Positions 1 through 7,735 of a stretch of 38,930 bases of DNA are shown piece after piece (the first letter of the stretch is position 1; each line of letters opens with the position of its first letter). The notes beneath the pieces were generated by a model. It was not told the DNA's origin and did no database searches. It saw only the letters and a program-made list of their open reading frames with translations. The stretch covers positions 1 to 38,930 of IMG/VR virus record IMGVR_UViG_3300031825_000045; one strand, 5' to 3'. This DNA is from a virus. Both the position numbers and the translations under genes were made by a program.

Positions 1-110
1 TGCGATTCGACGCGCACGGCGCCGCGAAGCTTCGAGCCCTTCTGCTGCACCTTGAGCAGAACGCCCGACTTGTACTCCTGCACGAAGGCAGTGGTGATCT
101 GAGTGGACAT
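1..110 (-). CDS. 5-prime fragment of the major capsid gene (duplicate of 38804-38913 inside the terminal repeat)
   Basis: Same sequence as the start of the 38032-38913 CDS (MSTQITTAFVQEYKSGVLLKVQQKGSKLRGAVRVES...). The gene is split by the window boundary. Confidence 0.8.
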   Translation of the reverse strand, partial: MSTQITTAFVQEYKSGVLLKVQQKGSKLRGAVRVES

Positions 111-127
111 CCGTCCCTCCATGGTTG
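1..127. repeat. Terminal direct repeat: bases 1-127 are identical to 38804-38930 (closed circle or terminal redundancy; unit length 38,803 bp)
   Basis: Read directly. Both ends carry the same string, tgcgattcgacgcgcacgg...ccgtccctccatggttg. Confidence 0.95.
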
Positions 128-260
128 AGAGTTGCAATCAATCGGAGGGGTTGCCCACATCGCGCCTTAGTGGCCTCGCCCAAGAACGAGGCGGCCTAGC
201 GTGGACCCGCAGCCTGGCCCTCTTCCGAAGCAACGGCGCGTGAGCCGTTGCCCAAGAACG
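111..260 (-). promoter_or_regulatory. Structured leader upstream of the major capsid gene
   Basis: SD GGAGGG lies at plus 115-120, with a complementary CCCCTCC at plus 144-150. There is a hairpin at 173-192 (gcctcg/cgaggc, loop cccaagaa) and a perfect 8-bp hairpin at 230-251 (gcaacggc/gccgttgc). The 11-mer GCCCAAGAACG is repeated at 178-188 and 250-260. Confidence 0.35.
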
Positions 261-319
261 CGGGGCTTGTGCGCGGCCGGTCTTACCGGCGTGCGTCCGG
301 GGGCTTTCGCCTTGTCCGG

Positions 320-592
320 CTAGCGGCGTCCTTTCGACGCCGTGGGGTTTCCGTCGCCGGAGGCCGCGCCGCCTGGTTCGAGGAGGGCGCGGTTGTCGCC
401 GAGGACGTACGACTCGAAAATCCTGGCCCGGGAGATGACGGCATCGGGCAAATCGTTCGCCGCGCGCAACTCGAGCGCCGCCTTGAGGCACTCGCAGCGC
501 GCGGCGATCTCGACGCACTCCAAGTCGCCCGCCGGCGGCAGGGTTGGCGTGGCGGCTGATGCCGGCGGGCGCGAAGGAAAGGCCGTTTTCAC
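320..592 (-). CDS. Hypothetical protein, 90 aa
   Basis: GTG start overlaps the scaffold stop as GTGA. Third codon positions are mostly G/C. No recognisable motif. Confidence 0.5.
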   Translation of the reverse strand: MKTAFPSRPPASAATPTLPPAGDLECVEIAARCECLKAALELRAANDLPDAVISRARIFESYVLGDNRALLEPGGAASGDGNPTASKGRR

Positions 593-1497
593 GCCGCCTG
601 CTCCGGGTAGGCCATGGCGTAGAGGCGCGAGCGCTTCTCGACCATCGCCTGATGCTCGGGGTGGTTCTTGTCCTCGAGGATGGCGACCTGCGCCTTGTCG
701 CCTTCCATCTGGGCGATCTGCGCCTTGGCCTCGGCGGGCGCGAGGGCGCCGGCGGCGCCTTTCTTCTCGCCGGGCAGCGCGCCGTCCTCGGCGATCGCGT
801 CGTAGATGTTGGCCATCATCTCGACCAGCGCCGGGTTGCGGCCGAAGCCCGCCTTGTCGAGCTCAGCGAGGATGCCGTCGCCGCCGTACTGCCTGGCGAG
901 CCGCGACGCGCCGTCGATCTTGGCGTCGTAGGCGCCGCCGAACTTCTGGCGCAGGACGGTCTCGGCGGCCTTGGTGGCGTCGACGTTCCGCTGCTGCGCC
1001 TGTTCGGCCGTCTGCGCGCCGAAGCCGTTGAAGCCCTCGGCGAGGATGTCGACCTGCCACTGGGCGAGGCCCGCCTTGTGCAGCAGCGGCGCCATCGCGC
1101 CGTGGAAGGCCTTGTCTGTGTCCGTCGCCGGCGCGCCCGCGGGCATCTTGAAGGCGTACTTGCCCGGCTCCTCGGGGCGGCCGAGGGCCTTGAACAGATC
1201 GTCGGCCTTGGTCCAGTCGCGGGTGCCGTCGGCGGCCTTGGGCGGCAGCGGCACCTTGTCGAGGTCGACCGTGCGCTCGAGGTTGACGTAGCTGGTGAGC
1301 GCGTCGCCGGGCGTCTTCCAGCCCTTCGCCTCGACGACGGGGCGCAGGTCCGGCGAAAGGGTGGAGATCCAGTCGCCGCCTGCGGCCGCGCCGCCGGCAT
1401 TCGCTCCCGCGTTCGCGGCCGCGCCTGCGGCCGCCGCGGCGGCCGCGCCGTCGTTTCCGGTGGCGCCGGCGGCGCCTGCGTTGGTGGCTTCAGTCAT
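589..1497 (-). CDS. Capsid scaffolding protein (T7 gp9 position)
   Basis: 302 aa between the portal and capsid genes. It has an Ala/Gly/Asn low-complexity N-terminus and a helical, charged, A/Q/K/E-rich body, which is typical scaffold composition. Confidence 0.7.
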   Translation of the reverse strand: MTEATNAGAAGATGNDGAAAAAAAGAAANAGANAGGAAAGGDWISTLSPDLRPVVEAKGWKTPGDALTSYVNLERTVDLDKVPLPPKAADGTRDWTKADDLFKALGRPEEPGKYAFKMPAGAPATDTDKAFHGAMAPLLHKAGLAQWQVDILAEGFNGFGAQTAEQAQQRNVDATKAAETVLRQKFGGAYDAKIDGASRLARQYGGDGILAELDKAGFGRNPALVEMMANIYDAIAEDGALPGEKKGAAGALAPAEAKAQIAQMEGDKAQVAILEDKNHPEHQAMVEKRSRLYAMAYPEQAA

Positions 1498-1768
1498 CGG
1501 TCCTCGCTTCGGCGCGCTCCTCGCGCGCCAGTTTCAGAAGGTCGTCGTCGTTCATGCCGATCAGCGAGCGCACGCGCAGGAGAACCTCGCGCTTGCCGAC
1601 GTTGATCATGGTCTCGTCGGTGGTGCCGGCGTAGAGCCCGGCGTCGGCGTTGCAGAAGATCGCCAGCTCCCTGAGCACGATCTTGCCGTCCTCGCTGGCG
1701 AACACGCGGCGGAAGGCCGCGTTGCGGGCGATGCGGTGACGGATGCGGGCGGGCAGAAGATTGTTCAT
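1490..1768 (-). CDS. Small conserved head-module protein, Bbp19-like (92 aa)
   Basis: ATG overlaps the portal stop as ATGA. The sequence MNNLLPARIRHRIARNAAFRRVFASEDGKIVLRELAIFCN...GKREVLLRV matches my recollection of the small protein between portal and scaffold in BPP-1-type phages. Confidence 0.65.
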   Translation of the reverse strand: MNNLLPARIRHRIARNAAFRRVFASEDGKIVLRELAIFCNADAGLYAGTTDETMINVGKREVLLRVRSLIGMNDDDLLKLAREERAEARTDD

Positions 1769-3453
1769 GCCGCCGCGCCCATCGGTTGCGGCGGCGCGGC
1801 GGCCGGACCGTTCATCGCGGCGCCGCCCATCGCATCGCTGAGTGCCTTGGCGCCCTTGGCGCCGGTGGCGAGCGTCTCGGCCGTCTGCTGCGCGCCGGCG
1901 GCGCGGGCGGCGGCCTCCTGCACGCGCGTGCGCTCGGCGGCCATGGCGGCGATCTTGTCGGCGCTGCGCAGCCAGGTCTTCGAGAGGCCGAGCAGGTCGG
2001 CGGAATCGCGCATCGCCGGCTGCTCGTCGAGCAGGTCCATGATCTCCGGCTTGGCCTGGGCCATCGGCGCCCACAGCTCCATCCACTGGCCGAGGCCGCG
2101 CACGGCGCTGACGCGCTGGGTCTTCGCCACCGGCGAGACGTACTCGACCTTCAAGGGCTGGCCCTCGAGCTCCGGCGGCGGCGCGTCGAAGTCGCCGCGG
2201 CGGAACTTGATCGCGAACACGCGGTCGATGAGCTGGCCCAGATCCTCGACCTGCATGCGGCCGATGATCGGATTGAGCGCCTGCATCACCTGGTCGAGGA
2301 TGCCGAGGTAGACCGTCGCCTTCATGTTCGGGTCGCGGGCGAACTTGAACAGGTCGTTGTAGTTGCCCTCCTGGATCGACTTGCGCGTGCGCTCGATCAG
2401 CTCCAGCCCGAGCTCGGGGCGGCCGCCGGTCTGCAGCGGCCGCACCGGCGCGCCGGCGCCCTGCATCGTGTCCCAGCGGACGTAGGTCTTGCCGGCGGGC
2501 ATGACGCGCACCGGCGACAGCACGCCGTCGTCGGCGACCAGCAGCGACGGGTCGACGATCTTCTCGGCGCCGCGGATGGTGGTCTTCATCATCCGCTGCA
2601 GCATGCGCGCGTCGGCCAAGGTCTTCATGCCGGGGCCGCGGCCGTACACCTCGCCCGCGCGCTTCGACCAACGCGGCACGGTGTAGGGGAACTCGTCGTA
2701 GCCGCCGACCTGCATCACGACCTTCTCGTCGATCGCGACGTAGTAGGACGCGAACGGCTTGCGATCGCGCGCCGCGCCGTGCGGGCCGGGGCGCGGCTCG
2801 GTGCAGTGCAGGAACTTGAACTCGGTGTCCTGCTTCTTCGGATCCGCGGACGCCTTGCCGACCTTCTCCGGCACCGCCTCGCCCCATTGCTGCACCGCCT
2901 GGCGGGCGGTCAGGGTGAAGCGGCGGTAGAGCGTGTCGACCAGGCCCTCGTCGCTTTCGGCGATGGTGCACTCGGCGAGCGGGCGGGACGAGAACAGGAT
3001 GGACTTCGCCGGCCGATCGGCGATGTACATGACGCCGGTGCCGAACGTCACCAGCTCCATGTACTTCTCGTGCTGCTGCGGCGTGAAGTTCGACTTCGGG
3101 CTGTTGAAGTCGGCGAGCATGCCGTCGCGCGCGCTTTCCAGCCAGCGCGCGACGCCCTCGTTCTTCATCAGATCCTTGTCGAGGGTCGACAGGTCGAACC
3201 AGATCGTGCCGGGATTGGTGAGCAGCGACTGCAGCCCGGCGGCGAGGAACTCGCCCGCGTTCTCCGGCGTCGAATCGAACACCTTCTCGTGGACCTTCTC
3301 GCCGGGCGTGCCCTTGCCGGTGAATTTCGGCGCGGTCGGATAGAACAGCTCGCGCACCTGCTCCAGGTTCGAATCGAGCACGGCGCGATCGGCGGCCAGC
3401 TTGTCGGCGCGGGCGATCAGGTCTTGGGCCGAGGGGACGGCGGCGTAGGCCAT
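1765..3453 (-). CDS. Portal (head-to-tail connector) protein, podoviral T7 gp8-like
   Basis: 562 aa, located downstream of terL and upstream of the scaffold and capsid genes. Sequence character matches the podoviral connector family. Strong GC3. Confidence 0.88.
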   Translation of the reverse strand: MAYAAVPSAQDLIARADKLAADRAVLDSNLEQVRELFYPTAPKFTGKGTPGEKVHEKVFDSTPENAGEFLAAGLQSLLTNPGTIWFDLSTLDKDLMKNEGVARWLESARDGMLADFNSPKSNFTPQQHEKYMELVTFGTGVMYIADRPAKSILFSSRPLAECTIAESDEGLVDTLYRRFTLTARQAVQQWGEAVPEKVGKASADPKKQDTEFKFLHCTEPRPGPHGAARDRKPFASYYVAIDEKVVMQVGGYDEFPYTVPRWSKRAGEVYGRGPGMKTLADARMLQRMMKTTIRGAEKIVDPSLLVADDGVLSPVRVMPAGKTYVRWDTMQGAGAPVRPLQTGGRPELGLELIERTRKSIQEGNYNDLFKFARDPNMKATVYLGILDQVMQALNPIIGRMQVEDLGQLIDRVFAIKFRRGDFDAPPPELEGQPLKVEYVSPVAKTQRVSAVRGLGQWMELWAPMAQAKPEIMDLLDEQPAMRDSADLLGLSKTWLRSADKIAAMAAERTRVQEAAARAAGAQQTAETLATGAKGAKALSDAMGGAAMNGPAAAPPQPMGAAA

Positions 3454-3456
3454 GCT

Positions 3457-3777
3457 TCAAGGGCCCCCGAGCAGAGTGGTGCGGCCGATATTCGGCGTCG
3501 AAACGTCGCCCGAGCCCGAGGTCAGCAGCGTCGCGGCGCGGCCCCGCGCCTTGGCGGCGGCGGTGAGCTCGGCGCGGCGCGCGGCTTCGACGGCGGTGTC
3601 GTTGGCCGCGGGCGGCGGGGCGGCCGCGGGCGGCGGCGGCGAAGGCGCGGTTTTGTTGCCGCCGGTGAATATCCCTATGGGATCGAGCACACCAGTCAGG
3701 ATCTTGGCTGGGGAGGGAAAGCTCACGGCATTGTCCTCGTTCGGCGCGGCACCGCGCGCAATGTCGATGGGGATCAA
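3457..3777 (-). CDS. Hypothetical protein, 106 aa, first gene of the structural operon
   Basis: TTG start 8 nt after promoter-like motif A. It has a Pro/Ala linker and a C-terminal TLLTSGSGD...GRTTLLGG motif. High GC3. Confidence 0.6.
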   Translation of the reverse strand: MIPIDIARGAAPNEDNAVSFPSPAKILTGVLDPIGIFTGGNKTAPSPPPPAAAPPPAANDTAVEAARRAELTAAAKARGRAATLLTSGSGDVSTPNIGRTTLLGGP

Positions 3778-3783
3778 TGCCGG

Positions 3784-3815
3784 CCGAGTGGCAACTCGAT
3801 TTTTTCCGATGTCAA
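3784..3815 (-). promoter_or_regulatory. Promoter-like motif copy A: TTGACA-N11-CGAGTTGCCACTCGG
   Basis: On the minus strand, TTGACA is at 3815-3810 and CGAGTTGCC at 3798-3790. Copies at 7391-7422 (minus) and 7736-7767 (plus) have the same spacing and core. Confidence 0.5.
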
Positions 3816-3847
3816 AACTTTTTTGGCAGCGCGGCCCAGGACTCCAA

Positions 3848-3892
3848 CGACCGCGAGCCGGTGGGTTGGCCGGCGGCGCCGGCGAGCGGTCG
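3848..3892 (-). terminator. Long imperfect GC hairpin immediately after terL
   Basis: The arms cgaccgcgagccgg (3848-3861) and ccggcgagcggtcg (3879-3892) pair 7+5 bp around a 2-nt mismatch. There is no clear U tract. Confidence 0.35.
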
Positions 3893-3903
3893 CCGGAAAG
3901 AAA

Positions 3904-5448
3904 TCATTCCATCTCCGCCACGGCGGTGCGCGGCACGCGGCCGCGCGCCTCCTTGCGGCCCATCACCGAGTCGTACTCGCCGCCGCCGAGGATCAGGTAC
4001 TGCAGCGCGTCATGCACGTGGCTGTAATCGTTCTTCTCGGGCTCATCGGTGTAGCGCTCGGTCCCGGCAATGTGTTCGCGCCGGTAGCGGTAGCCGGAGT
4101 TGAAGCCCTTGCGCAGCGTCTTGCAGCGAGGGCTGAGCACGAACCGCGGCGTGTCGCCGTCGATCGATTCCGTGAACAGGTCGCGCACGGCGCTGAGCCG
4201 TGGTGTCAGGTTGTTCGACGGCGCGGGCTCGATGCGGATGCCGATGCGATTTTCGACCATCGTCCGCCAGGCGCGGTCGCCGGTGCTGTGGCTGCCGTTG
4301 AGCCGGTCCTCGCCGAACACAGCGGCCGGATCACACCACGCGCGGATCGGGCTGTCGGAACGATTGCGCCAGCCGTCGCGGCGCAGCGGCTCGTCGTCGG
4401 CTTCCTTGATGACGACGATGGCGCCGTGCGCGGCGTGCGCCGGGAAACGCTCGATCAGAGTTTGCGACACCAGCCGCGAAAAGCGCTTCGGCCCGACGCC
4501 GGCGCCGCGTTCGCTCACCAGCTCCTCGAGGATGCGCCATTGGCCGTTCGGCAGCCGCTGGGCGAACACGGCGGCCGGCGTCTGCCCCGCGTCCATGCCG
4601 ATCAGGATCGGCAGCTCGGGAACCGCCTCGAGCGGCACCTGCGCCACGTGCGTCTTGTCGGAGTACTCGCCGTACACCGGCTTGCCGTCGCGCGAATAGC
4701 CGAACTCGTTGCGGACGAAGCGGCGCACCCACCAGTCCGGCTTGCCGATCGAGATGTTCCTGTAATAGTCGGGCGGCAGGTTCTTGACGTTCTCCGCCTG
4801 GGGCGAGAGGCCCGACGGCTGGCGGAAGAACGCCCAGTTCTCCGGCAGGTCGTCGACGAAGCGCTTGTAGGTCCAGTTCTCGTCGTCCGGAGCGTTCATG
4901 TCGGAGACGACGAACGGATCGGTGCAGCCGCCGTGCTCGACCGACGGATAGCGGCCGACGCGGCCGTCGACGTTCATCAGCAGCTCGGGCGGCAAGGTGT
5001 CGATCTCGTTGAGGAACGCCGCCGACGCCTCGAAGCCGCGTAGCGCCGATTCGATCGACTGGTCGCCCAGCGCGCGGAACTCCATCTGCAGGTCGAGGGT
5101 GGTGCCGTCCTCAAGCAGGAACGGCACGTGGTGGAAGGTCGGCGCGTTGGTGCCGCCGTCCTTGAAGTCGCCGTAGTAGCGCGGGATCACGTTGACCCAG
5201 GTGGCGATCGCCGTCGCCTGCAGGGTGCGGTAGTTGTCGCGCATGACGATGCACTTGAAGCGGCGCACGTTGTCGATCGGCGACGGCGGCTGCATCAGCG
5301 CGCCGCGGGTGATGATCTTGGCGTAGGCGCCGCGCGTTTTGCCCGAGCCGAACGGCCCCATGATCAGCGACACCCGCGAGCGATCCTCGTAGAACCGCGC
5401 CAGCACCGGCCCCGACGGCACGTACTCGAGGCGGATCGGGGCGGTCAT
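3904..5448 (-). CDS. terL: Terminase large subunit
   Basis: Walker A GPFGSGKT near the N-terminus, then an ATPase followed by a nuclease-type C-terminal half. The start MTAPIRLEYVP overlaps the upstream stop as ATGA. The longer track ORF (to 5565) runs into the upstream gene. Confidence 0.9.
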   Translation of the reverse strand: MTAPIRLEYVPSGPVLARFYEDRSRVSLIMGPFGSGKTRGAYAKIITRGALMQPPSPIDNVRRFKCIVMRDNYRTLQATAIATWVNVIPRYYGDFKDGGTNAPTFHHVPFLLEDGTTLDLQMEFRALGDQSIESALRGFEASAAFLNEIDTLPPELLMNVDGRVGRYPSVEHGGCTDPFVVSDMNAPDDENWTYKRFVDDLPENWAFFRQPSGLSPQAENVKNLPPDYYRNISIGKPDWWVRRFVRNEFGYSRDGKPVYGEYSDKTHVAQVPLEAVPELPILIGMDAGQTPAAVFAQRLPNGQWRILEELVSERGAGVGPKRFSRLVSQTLIERFPAHAAHGAIVVIKEADDEPLRRDGWRNRSDSPIRAWCDPAAVFGEDRLNGSHSTGDRAWRTMVENRIGIRIEPAPSNNLTPRLSAVRDLFTESIDGDTPRFVLSPRCKTLRKGFNSGYRYRREHIAGTERYTDEPEKNDYSHVHDALQYLILGGGEYDSVMGRKEARGRVPRTAVAEME

Positions 5449-5702
5449 GGGCGCACGGCCTCGCGCGCCAGATATTGGTCGAGGGCCTTGAAGTAGGATT
5501 CGTGCGTGATCGCCGGATCTTCGGAGAACGTGTAGTGGTAGCCCGCGTTCGGTGCTCCTGAGCAACCATTGGGTCCGTTGATCTCGCGGCGCTCGATCTC
5601 GGCCGCCATGAAGCGCAGCGCGCGCGCCAGCTCGCGGCGACTGTCGGCGCCGATCGTGATCACCATCTCCACCGAGCGGCGGGGTTTTGCGTCATCCATC
5701 AT
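5445..5702 (-). CDS. Hypothetical protein, 85 aa
   Basis: MMDDAKPRRSVEMVITIGADSRRELARALRFMAAEIERRE... There are ATGA overlaps at both ends, with HNH upstream and terL downstream. Confidence 0.6.
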   Translation of the reverse strand: MMDDAKPRRSVEMVITIGADSRRELARALRFMAAEIERREINGPNGCSGAPNAGYHYTFSEDPAITHESYFKALDQYLAREAVRP

Positions 5703-6133
5703 GCGTTCCTCTCGAAAAGATCGGCGACGGCCGCAGCCTCGCGCGCGCGATGGGCGATGCCGGCGCGCCGCGTCGCGGCGTCGTATCGGTTGTGACAGCG
5801 CTGGCACCACGCGCGCAGATTCGCGGGCGCGCAGTTCTCGGGGCGATGGTCCAGGTGGGCGACCGTCAGCACGATGCGAATGATTCGCAACATTTCCACG
5901 CGCTCGCCCGCGCCGCACCACCACCACTCGCCCGGCGCCGGCCACTCGATGCGGAGCAGCTTCTCGCCCTTCGGGCGCACCGGCAGGAACGTGCCGTCGG
6001 CGCTCCGTCCGCCGATCGCATAATTCGCGACGCCGCACCCTTCGCATTTGTTGCCGGCACGTTCACGAACGCCGCGCGAGATCTCCGGCCAGTTCAGCGG
6101 GTAGCGCTCGCGATTCTCGGGGCGGATCGGCAT
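5699..6133 (-). CDS. HNH endonuclease
   Basis: CEGCG ... VAHLDHRPENCAPANLRAWCQRCHNRYD, i.e. Cys pairs plus the H-N-H signature. It is adjacent to the terminase genes. Confidence 0.85.
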   Translation of the reverse strand: MPIRPENRERYPLNWPEISRGVRERAGNKCEGCGVANYAIGGRSADGTFLPVRPKGEKLLRIEWPAPGEWWWCGAGERVEMLRIIRIVLTVAHLDHRPENCAPANLRAWCQRCHNRYDAATRRAGIAHRAREAAAVADLFERNA

Positions 6134-6321
6134 CAGCGCACCTTCCGCCGGGATTGTAGCGCCCGGCGCTCATGCCGATTCGGTGCGCGGACCTCGCGGC
6201 CCGCGTAATTGCGGTGGGTCTCGCGCCTGGCGTGGGCGTCGTCGCTTTTGCGCTTCGCGCACTCGCCCGTCGGGCAGTTGCACGTGCCGCAGCATGTGAT
6301 GAGGCCGTCGGCGGGGATCAT
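6133..6321 (-). CDS. Cys-rich small basic protein, 62 aa
   Basis: CCGTCNCPTGEC cluster followed by an Arg/Lys-rich tail. Very strong GC3. Its stop overlaps the HNH start as TGATG. Confidence 0.6.
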   Translation of the reverse strand: MIPADGLITCCGTCNCPTGECAKRKSDDAHARRETHRNYAGREVRAPNRHERRALQSRRKVR

Positions 6322-6633
6322 CGCCGCACCCCCTGCCCCCGGGCCGTGCGGCGGTTAGGGTCGCGGACGATCGTTCGACCGGCGGGCGGCCCCCCTGCCC
6401 CCGGTCGGGGCGGACAACAGGTTCGCGTCGATCGAAGGTCAGGCCAGGCCGAGGCCAAGGGCAAAAACGATGCCAACGCCGCCAACCCTCCCGGGCGACG
6501 GCCAGCGTGGGCGGCGTGGCGGGCGAAAACTCCCCCCCCGGCCCTCGGGCCGAAATCGTGGCGCGCGCGCGCGCGGCGGGCGGCGGCGCGGGGCCCGCGC
6601 GTCTGATGCGAAATCTGTGGGGTCGGGAGGCTG
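6322..6633. other. 312-nt non-coding, repeat-rich island between putative terS and the Cys-rich/HNH/terL genes (candidate cos/pac region)
   Basis: No convincing ORF in any frame. CCCCCTGCCCCCGG occurs at 6329-6342 and 6391-6404. There are AGGCC-type triplets near 6440-6465 and an alternating (GC) tract at 6561-6575. Confidence 0.45.
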
Positions 6634-7347
6634 TCAGCCAGCATTTGCGGGCCTTTCCGCGTCGTCTTCCAACTTCGCGTCTTCCAACTCGACCGAATCG
6701 GCGGGAGAAGAATGGCGGCTTTCCGCCGTTTTTTGCGGCGTGATGTCCTTGGGCGCGAGCAGCACGGATCCGCCGTGGCCGATGCGGTCGGCCATCATCC
6801 GTCCGAGCTCGGGCGAGACGCCGAAGAACAGCGGGATCAGGCCGCCCTCGGCCTCGATCGCGAGCGGCTGCTTCGAGTGGAGATACGGGGCCAGGTTGGC
6901 CTTGGCCGCCTCCTGCACCCGCAGCAGCTCGAGGATCTCGCTCACGGTGAGATTGGGCACGCCGGCGATGGCCGCGATCTCGCGCGCGAGCTCGACCAGC
7001 GGCCGGGCGTAGGTCTCGGCCAGGGCGATCAGCGGCGACGGGTAGCGCCGCAGCAGGTAATCGGTCCATTCCTCGGTGCGCTTGTTGGTGGCGCCCTTGG
7101 GCCGCCCAGGCGCGCCGGTGCGCTGGACGCCGGGATCGGGCTCGGCCGTCGCCGCGGTCGGGATCAGCGCGAGCTGCTGCGCGCGGCTGGCGCCGGGCGG
7201 CGCGCCGACCGCCTTGGCGACCTTCGCCAGCGCCGCCTCGATCCCACCCTCGGTCAGCGGCACCGTCGCCGCCATCATCGGCCGCAGCGCGCGCTCCGTC
7301 GCCTTGCGGTCCCGGCTCTTCGCCTTCGCGGGCTTCCGACGCGGCAA
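6634..7347 (-). CDS. Putative terminase small subunit / DNA-recognition protein
   Basis: 237 aa and the first gene of the packaging operon. It has a basic N-terminus, a GRPKGATNKRT motif and APYLHSKQP, which are reminiscent of small terminases. TTG start with high GC3 from the first codon. Confidence 0.45.
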   Translation of the reverse strand: MPRRKPAKAKSRDRKATERALRPMMAATVPLTEGGIEAALAKVAKAVGAPPGASRAQQLALIPTAATAEPDPGVQRTGAPGRPKGATNKRTEEWTDYLLRRYPSPLIALAETYARPLVELAREIAAIAGVPNLTVSEILELLRVQEAAKANLAPYLHSKQPLAIEAEGGLIPLFFGVSPELGRMMADRIGHGGSVLLAPKDITPQKTAESRHSSPADSVELEDAKLEDDAERPANAG

Positions 7348-7390
7348 TTTCCACCCGGTTTTTTATTCGCCGCCGTGCGGCAGGTGGCGA

Positions 7391-7422
7391 CCGAGCGGCA
7401 ACTCGATTTTCGGCGCTGTCAA
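7391..7422 (-). promoter_or_regulatory. Promoter-like motif copy B: TTGACA-N11-CGAGTTGCCGCTCGG
   Basis: On the minus strand, TTGACA is at 7422-7417 and CGAGTTGCC at 7405-7397. It lies about 45 nt upstream of the terS start. Confidence 0.5.
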
Positions 7423-7424
7423 CG

Positions 7425-7628
7425 CCTTACCCGACCTTACCAACGGGTTAGGACTAAGTATCTGTAATCATTGACACCTTACCACCTTACCAACCTTACC
7501 CATGTTTCCCGTGACGCGCGCGCGGGCGCGCGCATCGAAGTACCGCAAACGGCGGTAAGGCGGTAAGGCGGTAAGGTCGCAGCAAAAACAATCACTTAGA
7601 CCTTACCTTGGCCTTACCTCCCCTTACC
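7425..7628. repeat. Array of 11 CCTTACC/GGTAAGG heptamers in four clusters around a (CG)n palindrome
   Basis: Forward copies start at 7425, 7435, 7477, 7485, 7494, 7601, 7612 and 7622. Inverted copies start at 7554, 7562 and 7570. The tract cgcgcgcgcgggcgcgcgc lies at 7515-7533. Confidence 0.9.
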
Positions 7629-7735
7629 CCGCTTCCGACGGACACCAGCCCGCGCGGCTCCTTTGCTTGATATCCTGGGGTCGGGGGCGAGGGGCGCGGG
7701 GCGCCGCGCCCGCTGCACCGGGTGCATCTTCGCCC

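Noticed and set aside
3787-3803. Sigma-54 type promoter (TGGCAA-N5-TTTT on the plus strand)
   Set aside because: The -12 element lacks TTGC, no plus-strand gene lies downstream, and the same bases are better explained as the minus-strand motif shared with two other sites.
1786-5043. 1085-aa plus-strand ORF antisense to the portal and terL genes. Similar long ORFs occur at, for example, 18691-20607, 22492-23946, 25588-27177, 25604-27811, 29678-31804, 30103-31965, 32716-34533 and 35283-36908.
   Set aside because: They are Arg/Ala/Gly/Pro-rich with no motifs and lie in wrong frames or antisense to genes with clear family signatures and GC3 bias. Long stop-free frames of this kind are expected in DNA of about 68-70 percent GC.
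6561-6575. Alternating GC tract as a stand-alone functional element (Z-DNA)
   Set aside because: Short (GC)n runs are common in very GC-rich DNA. It is noted only as part of the non-coding island.
7425-7628. CRISPR array
   Set aside because: The repeat unit is only 7 bp, copies abut or are 1-4 bp apart, both orientations occur, and there are no spacers or cas genes.
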